DNA of 64,000 bases, taken from Stegostoma tigrinum. Lineage: Eukaryota. Below are positions 50,811 to 62,930 of the stretch, in pieces. The position numbers were made by a program, and so were the translations under genes. The stretch is taken from positions 79,441,018-79,505,017 of the forward strand of contig NC_081362.1 in NCBI RefSeq assembly GCF_030684315.1. The letters are read 5' to 3'. The notes below the pieces were generated by a model. It was given only the letters and a program-made list of their open reading frames with translations. It ran no database searches and was not told where the DNA came from. Position 1 is the stretch's first letter. Each line of letters begins with the position of its first letter.

Positions 50811-51009
50811 ATTTCTGCCTTAACTGTCACCTCTTCTGTAATGAAAAGGGACAAGGCAGATGCAGATGCCCATCTTGTATTTCTGTTTCAAATGTATTGC
50901 ATTACTTTGTTGTATCTTCATTTTGGTAGTGCCAAACTGCATCTTTTTTAAAAGCTGTGCACCTATCTTCTGTTTTCTTATAATTGTTACCTATTCTGTT
51001 TTAATGTCA

Positions 51010-51340
51010 TCTATGGCTCAGTTGGTAGTCCTTCTGACTCTTGTGAATTACAAATTTGTGGGTCTGAGTCCCACCGCTGGATTTGAGCACTATAGTCAAG
51101 ACTGACTATCAAGTGCAGTACTGAAGGTGGCCACACTGTCAAAGGCACCGTCTTTTGGATGACATGCTAGAACGGGTGCTCATCCATCTCCTCTAGTGAA
51201 TGTAAAAGATTCCTTGTCACTATTTGAAGAGCAGCAGACTTATTTCTGTTGTCTTAGCCTTTGCTTAACCCCTCAATAAATACGAAAAAAAAGGATTATC
51301 TGCCATTCTCATATGGCTGTTTGTGGGAATTAATGTGCTG
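51010..51340 (+). mobile_element. DeuSINE (tRNA head and Deu domain)
   Basis: tggctcagttggtag A box, gggtctgagtcccac B-box-like motif, gtgcagtactgaagg..cactgtcaaaggcaccgtcttttggatgacatg..gtgaatgtaaaagattcc..cactatttgaagagcag core. Confidence 0.72.
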
Positions 51341-52499
51341 TAGACGATGGATTTAAGAGTTTTAAATAGCCTGTTAACACTGTGTAAAACATGAAGAAAG
51401 GAGCTATAATATAGAAGCAAAATAATCCAGTTGCTGGAAACTGGAAATAAAAGCAAAAAATGCTGCAGATACTTAAATCGGGCAGCATGTCTGGAGAGAG
51501 AATCAGGCCAGGTTCTGATGGACGTCATCGTTAATCTGAAAGAAGGAAGAAACTTTTTTTGTTATCATTGGTAAATGTATGAATTATGTATTTAGTGGGC
51601 TCTAACCTGACAGTTATTTAGCACATTGTCATTTGCTTTCAATCAGTACTGACGTTGCAATGTTGTGAGATTAGTATTTTTGAGTGCATCCTCCAATGTT
51701 ATAACGTGACTAAATATTTAGATCTTTGGGATCTTGTACAGAATTCAATCCGCCACATTGTCTTCAAAACAAAATGCACTCTGTCGGAAACGATGAGGAA
51801 AATTAACGAATACCTTCACAAAGAGAATTTCCAGCTCGTCTATCCAGCTAATTAAAAGCAGCTGATAACCACTTCTGCTTAATATTCAGATCACTGCTTT
51901 AGGGAACTGTGTTTTGTTCAAATATTGTATTGAAAGATATTTTGGACGGTTTGCCGAATTGGTGGTGGAGTTTTGCTGCAGTACTTAAAAGAGAACGATG
52001 CCAGGAATATTGGATTTATATGAGGAAGAACCGGCACAGGACTGGTGTATGTCTTATTTCCATAAAAAGAATTAAACAATAGCAAAGATGATGCACATAT
52101 TTTGTTCCTTTACCTATAATGTTCTGTCCCTCCATTTGTCATAAATGAGGGGACAGACTTGCAGCCTTAAGGTAATCAGTGTGAGTAAAAGTTACAGCAG
52201 CAGTGCTAATTATAAACAGATCTTACAGTGTTTCTTGGTTTCCAAGAAACACTGAAACATCTGTTTATTATCAACATATTATCCATAAGTGTCACACAAC
52301 TCAACGTGAATAATTGAACTGAAAATTCACTGGACTGTTAAAAGAACATGGATAATATTTAAGGTTTCTGGTTCACCTAAAGATTTCTACTTAGCCTTCA
52401 GCAAACATTCCCCAGCCTCAACCCCTTTATCTCAGTATCAAAGATTAAATATGCTCCTGGCAAGTTCCCAACCTCCAGCGCATCATATCTACAGCAAGT

Positions 52500-53020
52500 A
52501 ACTGCTAAGTCTCCAAAGCTTGTCCACTATGTGCAGTATACAAGTTAAGAGTGTGATGGGATGCTCACCACTTCCCTGGATGAGAACAGCTCCACCCAAA
52601 AAGTTCAACAATGTCCAAGACAAAGCAGCTACTTGATCCATTCCCCAATTTCCACCTTAAATGTTCAACTCTTCCACCAGTGGTTCACAATGGAAGCAAC
52701 ATGTGCCATCCAAAACATGCACCACAGCAACTCACCAAGGTTCTTGAACAGCACCTTTTTACATCTGAAATCTTTACCACCTAGAAGAATGGGAGCAACA
52801 GATGGGAACATCACCAACTGCAAGTTCCCCTCCTCAGCTCACATCATTCAATGTTGGAACTATATCACCATCTCTTGAGTAATACTGGGTCAAAATCTTG
52901 GAACTGCCTTTCTAACAGTATTGATATCAATTTCATGGTTTCAAGAGGTACTTACACACTATCTTTTCAGGGCAGTTGTGTTATATAATAAATATTGGCT
53001 TTGTCAGTGGTGCTCAGGAA
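52500..53020 (+). mobile_element. Second-family LINE 3' fragment
   Basis: Homologous to 26750-27260 (ctggatgagaacagctcc..gacaaagcagctacttgat..gggaacatcaccaactgcaagttcccctcc). Confidence 0.7.
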
Positions 53021-53919
53021 TGAGTTTGAAAGTTGAAGATGATTCTTCATCCCTCCTTCTCTACCACAAAAAAATTATCACTATGAACACCCTTTTTTTT
53101 TTTGCTTATTTCTTTGAATATAGATTCAATTCTGTGGATCTGAATTAATTCAGTAGTCCTTCAGCTGTGAATATTCAGCTCCTCGATAATGTCATTACTC
53201 ACTATGTTCAAAGATAGTAAGAAATTACTCTGTGCACCTGAAAGAATTTCTATAATTACCAGTCTTTGTATTAGACTCCAGTTGTGTTCTATGGTATGAC
53301 CCTGTGTGCCAGGCTAATATGTGGTGCAATTATGATAGCTGAACGAAACAAAATTTGGCATTTACAAATCTGACAGGAATTGTCTTATCTGCTTTTGCAT
53401 ATTTCTTGAATTATAACCTCTTAAGAAGAACATCTTCAATATCTGATGCATAAATGCACGTGTTTCTTTTTAGGTACAATCGTATTAACATCTAGTATCT
53501 TAACATAGAAAAGACTAAGCTCAATAAGTGACAATAATACTGTTACTACATTTTTTTGTACTTGTGGCAATTAAGAAGGGATGAGTTATCCAGCGAATCA
53601 AATGATCAAATTTTTACTTGCATCTACTGTTGAGAATCGCAAACCTGGAAGTGCATAATTCTATTTGTGTGGAATTACAAAATACTGGTGACTGTAATGG
53701 CTGCTAAGAAGATTGCAGTCAAAGGTAGTCATTGTCACCATAGGCAGATCTGCTGTACAGGGAGAAAGAAGAGTGGAAAAGTACTTCAGTTAGGAATACG
53801 GCTGTAAATGTGTCTCCAGGATGGTATGTTGCCTTCATTGTAGGTAGTACCTACAGTGTCTCAAATACACGCCTTCATTGTGCCATGGTCCTGGATATCA
53901 AAGAGCATCTTCTTTTTAT

Positions 53920-54160
53920 CCACTCATGGGAGGTAGAGATCATTTACTGGACCAGAGTTTATTGCCTGTCCCTGGTTGCCCTTGTGAAGGTGATGGTAAG
54001 CTGCCTTCTTGTCCATATGCTGTCAGTGGATTGACAATATCGTTAGGGATGGAATGCCAGGATTTTAACTTGGTGATAGCAAAAGAATGGTGATATATTT
54101 CCAAGTGAGAATAATGAGTGGCTTGGAGGGGAGCTTGCAGGTGGTGTTGCTTGCAGGGCA
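53920..54160 (-). mobile_element. Second-family LINE 3' end
   Basis: Reverse complement of the 52800-53020 / 27010-27260 segment. Confidence 0.65.
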
Positions 54161-54339
54161 TTCTTCGAAAGGCAAAGAGCCAGAGGTCATACTGCTTGTT
54201 GGCACTATGATGTAAGTAGGAAGATGAATGAAGTCCTGAAAACACATTTCAAGAAGTTAGGAAGGAAAAAAAAAACAGCACCTCCAAAGCAGTAATCTCA
54301 GGACTACTCTCAATCCCAGGGATTGAACAGGGAAGCAGA

Positions 54340-57300
54340 AGAACTGAGCAATTCAACACATTGCTGGAAACCTGGTATAGGAAGGAAGATGCCAGATTTC
54401 TGAGGCATTGGGACTATTCTGTGACAAGATGGGAAGGTTGTGTCTTGGTAGGGATTGGGCTAATATCTTCACAGGGAATTTTATTGGGAAGATTTTGGCA
54501 GATTGACAGTAGGGTTGGGAAGCTACGAGAGACCTCAGATTCCAAAGAAGCAAAAGTGGTACGAGGCTGTAGAAAAGTAGTCGGCAAAAATGGAAGACCG
54601 ATAAAGCATCAAATAGGAACAAAATAGAGAACAATATAATAATTAAAGACTCTCTGTCTGAGTGTGTGTTTCATTCATAAAAGGTTGATTATTTGATGGA
54701 CAAGTTGATGCAGATTTATATGCTTTAATTGCCATTAGAGATATAGCTGTGTGGTGACCGAATTGGGAACTGGGTATCCATGGACATTTAAGAGCAATAG
54801 ATGAATAGGAAAAGGAGATGGGATATCATTGCCATTAAGAGATGACGTCAGTGTTTAAGTAAAAAAGGATTTTTGATTGAAGGATCAAGTTGTTCAATCA
54901 ATTTAGGTGAAATTAAGTAACAACAAGGGAAGCAAATATTGGTAATTGTTTAGATAACTCCACACTTTAGTAGTAATGTTGGTTATGCTGTAAATCAGGG
55001 AATTAGAGATGCATGGAACATTGGTAATGCAGAATAATGGGTAACATCAATCTGCAAATAAGCTGAATAACAAATTCAGCACTGAAGTTGTGGAGAATAG
55101 CTCCTGTTGTGTACAAGAAATGGGTTTCTGAAAGTCTGTGTTGAGAAGGCAACTAGGGACTGGGCTATTTTCAATTCAGTGTTGTGTAATGAGAAAAGGT
55201 TAGTTGTGAACCTTTTTGTAAAGAAACCTTTTGGGAAATATCACTGTAATACGATAGAATGTTAAAAGAAGTTTGAATGTAAATTAGTTCACGGTTCAAA
55301 TTTGGGTTATCAACATTCTGAGATTAGGGTCTTAAATCGGATCAAAGGAAGCTATGAAGATAGAAACTATATGATGGTTAAGTTCACTGTGGTGTATTGA
55401 AAAAACACCATTGTAGACCATGTAGTACTAAAGAAATACTACAAGGCCTACAACAGATGTATATTCTTCTTGGGAACAAACACCCAAAGGTAAAAGTGAT
55501 CAACCATGATTAATGGAAGAACTTAGAGATAGCAAAATGACAGGGAAAGGGGCCTATAAGAATGCCAGAAATAGTGGTAAGCTTGAGAATTTGGCGCAAT
55601 TTAGGACCCAGCAAAGGAGCGCCAAGAAACTGATATGGGAAAGAAAAAGAAAATATGAATACAAACTAATGAGGTGTCTAAAGATGGGCTTTATAAAGCT
55701 TCTATCAATATGTGAAAGGAAAAAGATTAGCAAGAATAAATGTGGGCCCATTACAGGTTGAGACAGGAGAACTTAGAGCTTGGAACAGGGAAATTGCAGG
55801 GAAACTAAACAGTTACTTTGCATTGGTCTTCGTAGAAAAGATATGAATGAATGATTTATTTATTGTCACTGGCATTTTACAGTGAATAATACAATAAAAA
55901 TACAGATACAGAAAACCTCTGAGATCCCAGGTGATCAAGAGACTTGTGAAGAACTAAAAGAATTTAGCTTTAATAAAGTGCTAATCCTGTAAAAATTAAC
56001 CGATTTGAGGCTTGACCCTAGATGAGCTTCAGTCCAAAGTGTTAAAAGAAGTAGCAGTAGATATAATGGATGCATAGGTGGTTATCTTTGGTATTTCTGT
56101 GTACAGTGGCATGTTCTTGCTAATTGGAAACTGGCAAACGTAACTGCCATTTAAAAATTGAGGAAGAGGGAGAGTGAAACCTTACAAACTTATTATCTTT
56201 ACATCTACACTGGGGGAAATGTTAGAATATATTGCAGAGGGTATGATAACTTAATGTTAGAAAAGGATAGAAAAATTGGGCAGAATCAACGTAGATTTCT
56301 AAAGGGAAAATGGTGCTTAAAAACTTGGAGTTTTTTTTTCCAAAGGATAGTACTTGTAGCATAAACAAAAGGGTCAGAGTGAATATAGAACATAGAACAT
56401 AGAACAGTACAGCACAGAACAGGCCCTTCAGCCCACGATGTTGTGCCGACCATTGATCCTCATGTATGCACCCTCAAATTTCTGTGACCATATGCATGTC
56501 CAGCAGTCTCTTAAAATGTCCCCTATGACCTTGTATCCACAACTGCTGCTGGCAACACATTCCATGCTCTCACAACTCTCTGTGTAAAGAACCCGCCTCT
56601 GACATCCCCTCTATACTTTCCTCCAACCAGCTTAAAACTATGACCCCTCATGTTAGCCATTTCTGCCCTGGGAAATAGTCTCTGGCTATCAACTCTATCT
56701 ATGCCTCTCATTATCTTGTATACCTCAATTAGGTCCCCTCTCTTCCTCCTTTTCTCCAATGAAAAAAGTCCGAGCTCAGTCAACCTGTCTTCATAAGATA
56801 AGCCCTCCAGTCTAGGCAGCATCCTGGTAAACCTCCTCTGAACCCCCTCCAAAGCATCCACATCTTTCCTATAATAGGGCGACCAGAACTGGACGCAGTA
56901 TTCCAAGTGCAGTCTAACCAAAGTTTTATAGAGCTGCAACAAGATCTCACGACTCTTAAACTCAATCCCCCTGCTAATGAAAGCCAAAAGACCGTATGCT
57001 TTCTTAACAACCCTGTCCACTTGGGTGGCCATTTTAAGGGATCTATGTATCTGCACACCAAGATCCCTCTGTTCCTCCACACTGCCAAGAATTCTATCCT
57101 TAATCCTGTACTCAGCTTTCAAATTCGACCTTCCAAAATGCATCACCTCGCATTTATCCAGGTTGAACTCCATCTGCCAACTCTCAGCCCATCTCTGCAT
57201 CCTGTCAATGTCCCACTGCAGCCTACAACAGCCCTCTATACTGTCAACAACACCTCCAACCTTCGTGTCATCTGCAAACTTGCTGACCCATCCTTCAATC

Positions 57301-59860
57301 CCCTCATCCAAGTCATTAATAAATATTACAAACAGTAGAGGCCCAATGACAGAGCCCTGTGGAACACCACTCACCACTGACTTCCAGGCAGAATATTTTC
57401 CTTCTACTACCACTTGCTGTCTTCTGTTGGCCAGCCAATTCTGTATCCAGACAGCTAAGTTCCCCTGTATCCCATTCCTCCTGACCTTCTGAATGAACCT
57501 ACCATGGGGAACCTTATCAAATGCCTTACTGAAGTTCATATACACCACATCCACAGCTCGACCCTCATCAACTTTTCTAGTCACATCCTCAAAGAACTCG
57601 GTAAGGTTTGTGAGGCATGACCTGCCCCTCACAAAGCCATGTTGACTGCATTTAATCAAGCCATGCTCTTCCAGATGGTCATAAATACTATCCCTCAGAA
57701 TCCTTTCTAACACCTTGCAGACGACAGACGTGAGACTTACTGGTCTGTAATTGCCGGGGATTTCCCTATTTCCTTTCTTGAAGAGAGGAATTACATTTGC
57801 CTCTCTCTAGTCCTCAGGTACGACTCCAGTGGAGAGCAAGGATGCAAAGATCTTTGCAAGTGGCAAAGCAATTGCATTTCTCGTTTCCCAAAGCAGCCGA
57901 GGACAAATCTGGTCCGGGCCTGGCGACTTGTCAATCTTAATGTTTGACAAGATTTTCAGCACATCAGCTTCCTCTATCTCTATCCATTCCAGCATGCACA
58001 CCTGCTCTTTAAAGGTTTCATTCACTACAAAGTTTGTTTCTTTCCTAAAGACAGAAGCAAAAAACTCATTTAGGGCTTCCCCTACCACCTCAGACTCCAC
58101 ACACAAGTTCCCTATGCTATCCCTGATTGGCCCTACTCTTTCTTTGACCATTCTCTTACTCCTCACATAAGTGTAAAATGCCTTTGTGTTCTCCCTAATC
58201 CATTCTGCCAAGCCTTTCTTGTGCCCCCTCCTGGCTCTCCTCAGTCCATTTTTGAGCTCCTTCCTCGCCTGCCTGTAATCCTCTAGAGCTGAGCTTGGCC
58301 CTAGCTTCCTCCACCTTATGTAAGCTACCTTCTTCCTTTTGACGAGAAGCTCCACCGCTCTTGTCATCCAAGGTTCCTTTCTGTTACCCCTTCTTGCCTG
58401 TCTCAGAGGGACATATTTATTCATCACTCACAACAACTGTACCTTAAACAGTCTCCACATGTCTATAGTGCCTTTACCATGGAACAATTGCTCCCAGTCC
58501 ATGCTTCCTAACTCATGTCTAATCGCAGCATAGTTTCCTCTTCCCCAATTAAATATCCTCCCATTTTGCCTAATCCTCTCCTTCTCCATAGCTATGTAGA
58601 ATGTGAGGCAGTTATGGTCACTATCACCAAAATGCTCTCCCACCGCAAGATCTGATACCTGCCCCGGCTCATTTCCGAGCACCAAGTCTAGAATGGCCTC
58701 TCCCCTCGTCGGCCTGTCAATGTACTGAGTTAGGAAACCCTCCTGAACACACCTTACAAAAACAGCTCCATTCAAATCTTCTGCTCGAAGGAGGTTCCAA
58801 TCAATATTGGGAAAGTTAAAGTCACCCATTACAACAACCCTACTATGTCCGCACTTTTCCAAAATCTGCCGACCTATGCTTTCTTCAATCTCCCTGCTGT
58901 TATTGGGGGGCCTGTAGTAAACCCCTAATGAGGTGACTACTCCCTTGCTGACACGGTAGGCAGATCTTCCTTGACAATGGAAGCAACGTGGTGTATTTTC
59001 AGAATTTTTAAAAACTGTCCATCTGAGGAAGGAGGTGAGTTAACAAAATGAGAGTACATGCATGGGGGAAATATGTAAGCATGGATTAGTTCAAGGAAGA
59101 AATAAAGGGATCATTAACAAATGACAGGTTGTTACTAATAAGGTACTGCAGGAGTCGCTGCTAGGTTCACAACAAATTATGATGATTTGGGTGTGTGGGC
59201 TAACAGTAATACTTCCAAATTTGTTGTTGGCACCAAGCTGGAGAAGAATATAAGTTAAGAGGTTAGTGCAAGGAGGATTTGGGCAGGTTAAGTAAATGGA
59301 CTTGAACATTACAGATAGATTATGATGTAAATTAGTGTAGTGCTTGGGTAGAAAAAAACAGAAGGGCAGAATGTTCATTTAATGGTGAAAGGCTGGAAAT
59401 TGTAGGTATACGAGTGATCTTCGTGTTCATGTCCATGAGTCAGTAAAAGTTAATAGGTAAGTACAGCAAACAATACGTTGCCATTAGTTTCAGGGGGATT
59501 TGAGTACAGAAGTAAAGATGTCTTGCTGCAGTTCTGTAGAACATTGCTGTGACTTGACCTGGATTATTGTCTACCGCTTTGACCTCCTTGTTGAACGAGG
59601 GATATACCTGCCTTGAAGGACTGCAATAGACGTTTACCAGATTAATCACTAAAATAGTGGAATTGTTTTATGTTGAGAGATTGAGGGAACTGGATTTGGA
59701 TTCCTTAGAGTTTTGAAGAATGAGAGGAGATCTTGTTGAAATTTACAAAATTCTTACAGAGCATGACAGTCTCTATATAGATGTTTCTCCTGACTGGTGA
59801 CTATAGAACCAGGGGATGTAATCTCAGGATAAGGAGCACGCCATTTAAGACTGAGCTTAT
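54340..59860 (+). mobile_element. Old, heavily decayed CR1 LINE split by a younger HER1 insertion
   Basis: ORF1 esterase remnant (LETWYRKEDARFLRHWDY), then endonuclease/RT remnants (AYKNARNSGK.E, QNQRRFLKGKWCL), resuming after ~58985 (gtggtgtattttcaga..., FTRLI). Confidence 0.75.
56388..58950 (-). mobile_element. Young 5'-truncated HER1/CR1 LINE with near-intact ORF2 (endonuclease C-terminus and RT)
   Basis: ORFs 58428-58862, 57807-58427 and 56523-57713 are in one frame separated by two stops. Motifs: GDFNFPNIDW, LDLVL, GDSDH, KSPGPD, QHGFVRGRSCLTNL, SGVPQGSVIGPLLF, FADDTK. Tail (tagaaca)n. Confidence 0.96.
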
Positions 59861-59864
59861 GTAC

Positions 59865-62148
59865 CATAGAACATCGGACAGTACAGCACAGTACAGGCCC
59901 TTTGGCCCACTGTGTTGTGCCGAACTTTTACCCTAATCCTAAGTTCTATCTAACCTCCACGTCTACCTTTAAACTATCATCCATATGCCTATCTAGCAGC
60001 TGCTTAAATGCCCCTAATGAGGCCAACTCCGCTACCCTCTCCGGCAATGCATTCCATGCCCTGACCCCTCTGAGTAAAGAACCTACCTCTGACGTCTCCC
60101 CTATATCTACCTCCACTCACTTTAAAACTATGTCTCCTTGTAATAGCTACCTCCACCCTAGGGAAAAGTCTCTGGCTGTCCACTCTATCTATACCTCTGA
60201 TCATTTTGTACACCTCTATCAGATCACCTCTCATCCTTCGTCGTTCTAAGGAGAAGAGCCGTAGCGCTCTCAACCTTTCTTCGTAAGACCTTCCATCCAT
60301 TCCAGGCAATATCCTGATAAATCTCCTCTGCACCTTTTCCAATGCTTCCACATCTTTCCTGTAATGAGGCAACTAGAACTGGACACAGTACTCCAGATGT
60401 AGTTGCACTGGGCTTTCGTATAGCTGGAGTATAACTTCATGGCTCTTGAACTCAATCCCTCTATTAATGAAAGCTGACACACCATATGTCTTCTTAACAG
60501 CTCTATCCACCAGGGTAATAAAATGTGAGGCTGGATGAACACAGCAGGCCAAGCAGCATCTCAGGAGCACAAAAGCTTTTGTGCTCCTGAGATGCTGCTT
60601 GGCCTGCTGTGTTCATCCAGCCTCACATTTTATTATCTTGGAATCTCCAGCATCTGCAGTTCCCATTATCTCTGATACTATTTTAACCTCACTGCGAAGC
60701 CTCTTCCAGGGATGCCTAACCTGAAGAAGTTACCAGCTTTTGTGCTCCTGAGATGCTGCTTGGCCTGCTGTGTTCATCCAGCCTCACATTTTATTATCTT
60801 GGAATCTCCAGCATCTGCAGTTCCCATTATCTCTGATACTATCCACCAGGGTGACAGCTTTCAAGGAACTGTGGACATGAACCCCAAGATCCCTCTGCTC
60901 CTCCTCACTGCCAAGAATTTTTCTGTTAACCCTGTATTCTGCTTTCAAGTTTGTCTTTCCAGAATGAATCACCTCACACTTTTCAGGGTTAAACTCCATT
61001 TACCACTCCTCAGCCCAGCTCTGCATCCTATCAATGTCCCTTTGTAACCTAGAACAGCCCTGTGCACTGTCCACAATGCAACCCACCTTTGTATCGTCCA
61101 CGAACTTGCTAAACCACTCTTCCACTCCTTCATCTAAATCATTTACAACAATCACAAATAGAAGAGAACCCAGATGAGATCCTTGTGGTACACCACTTGT
61201 AACTGAGCACCATGTTGAATATTTTCCGTCCACTACCAGCCTTTGATTTCTAAGGGTCAGCTAATTCTGAATCTAATCTACCACATTTCCCCCTATGCCA
61301 TGCCTCCTTACCTTCTGCATGAGCCTACCATGGGGAACCTTATCAAACACCTTACTTAAAACCATGTATACCACATCCACTGCTCTACCTTCATCCATGT
61401 GTTTGGTCACCCCTTCGAAGAATTCAGTAAGGTTTGTGAGGCATGAGCTACCCCTCACAAATCCATGCTGACTATCACGAATCAAACTGTGCCTTTCCAA
61501 GTGATCGTAAATCCTATCTCTCAGAACCCTTTCCAACAATTTGCCCACCTCTGACGTAAGACTATCTGGCGTGTAATTTCCAGGGTTATCCCTTTTCCCT
61601 TTTTTGAACAAGGAAATGACGTTTGCCTCTCTCTCCAATCGTCCGGCACTATACCTGTGGACAGTGAGGATGAAAAGATCATCGCCAAAGGCCCTGCGAT
61701 CTCTTCCCTTGCTTCCCATAGAATCCTTGGATAAATCCCATCAGGCCCTGGGGGATTTATCTATCTTCAAGTTCCTCAAAATTTCTAGCACACCTTCCTT
61801 ACTAACATCGACCTCCTCTATCCTACGAGCCTGAGCCTGCCAAAGAAAAGCATTCGTTAAGGACCTTTCCTTTCTCTTCAGGTTCTGTGCACAAATTCTT
61901 TTTACAGTCCTTGATCAACCCCACCCTTTCTCTGGTCATTCTTTTATTCCTCATGTACATGTAAAAAGCCTTAGGGTTTTCCTTGATCCTATCTGTCAAG
62001 GTTTTCTTATGTCCCCTTATAGCTCTCCTAAGCCCTTTCTTCAGCTCCTTCCTGGATAATTTGTATCCCTCTAGAGCCTTTTCCGTTCCTTGTTTTCTCA
62101 ACCTGACATCGGCATCTTTCTTCCTCTCAACCAGTTGTTCGACCTCTG
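59865..62148 (-). mobile_element. HER1/CR1 LINE ORF2 fragment with a nested PLE unit and an internal deletion near 61830
   Basis: QHGFVRGSSCLTNLTEFF, SGVPQGSHLGSLLF, FVDDTK, PHYRKDVEALEKVQRRF; tail at 59865-59920. Confidence 0.92.
60517..60838. mobile_element. Tripartite PLE pLTR insertion (one inverted and two tandem forward copies) lacking the hammerhead core
   Basis: Perfect TSD ctatccaccagggt at 60503-60516 and 60839-60852; segments 60517-60577 (reversed), 60574-60734 and 60735-60838. Confidence 0.93.
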
Positions 62149-62599
62149 TTGAGATTGCCGCTTACTGTGCCGCTTAGGTACCTAGGTCCCAAAGTACAGC
62201 TTTTGCAGTTGCAGGTCTTTGGAAGAATAGAGATTAAAAAACAAAGTCCAGCACTGCAGATTACAGGAATAATTTATAAAATGGAGAAAAAAGCTCAGAA
62301 CAACGGTCTTCCTACCCAGTCCATGCTGTCACTTAGCCTCCTGCTCTTGACTCCAGACCACACCAGGCTTCAGCTCGGGGTTCGCAAGGCTAAAAGAATG
62401 CTCTGAAATCACCTTGAGACACAAGTCCACACCGAAGCCATGCTGGGCTGGCAGAACGCCATAACAGGCTGAGAGGATGCCTCGTTGGGTCTTTGCTGAG
62501 GGTGGAAATTCTGATGCTGAGAGTTCCAAGGTTGTGAGCCTAAGGCAGTGAGCTCCAAGGCTGGGTGGTATGAAGCCAAAAGTCTGAGACCAGGAGTTT

Positions 62600-62930
62600 G
62601 GAGGTAATGACTTTTCACTCAGTGTGTTCTAAAGCTTTGGAATTGTTCAACCCAGAGGGTTGGCAGCTCAACTATTGAGTCGGTTCAAGACTGAACTGGG
62701 TAGATTTCTAGAGATCAATTGCATTATGCAACATGGAGAGAGTGCAGAAAAATGGCACTAATGATATGATACACTGTAATCTAGAATGGTAAGGTGTGGT
62801 TGATGGATTGAATGTCTGACTCTTGTTACTGTGAGTAAAATTATTTTTGCTCAGCCAATGGATCTGTATTGAGAATGTAGTGGAGGCAGGTTCAATCAAT
62901 GTTTTTGAAAGGGAAATGAACACAGCACTG
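62600..62930 (+). mobile_element. Decayed CR1 3' fragments
   Basis: ttttcactcagtgtgtt..ctttggaattgttcaacccagaggg..ttcaagactgaactgggtagatttctag; gtagtggaggcaggttcaatcaatgtttttgaaaggg. Confidence 0.55.

Noticed and set aside
60721-60734. CTGAAGAAG as another hammerhead core
   Set aside because: It is not followed by a stem II and GAAA; it lies in the leader extension and is cut by the junction.
134-60838. Recurring near-identical ~100 bp sequence read as a CRISPR-like array
   Set aside because: The copies are dispersed, inverted, TSD-flanked and attached to GIY-YIG ORFs; there is no repeat-spacer periodicity or cas gene, and the DNA is eukaryotic.
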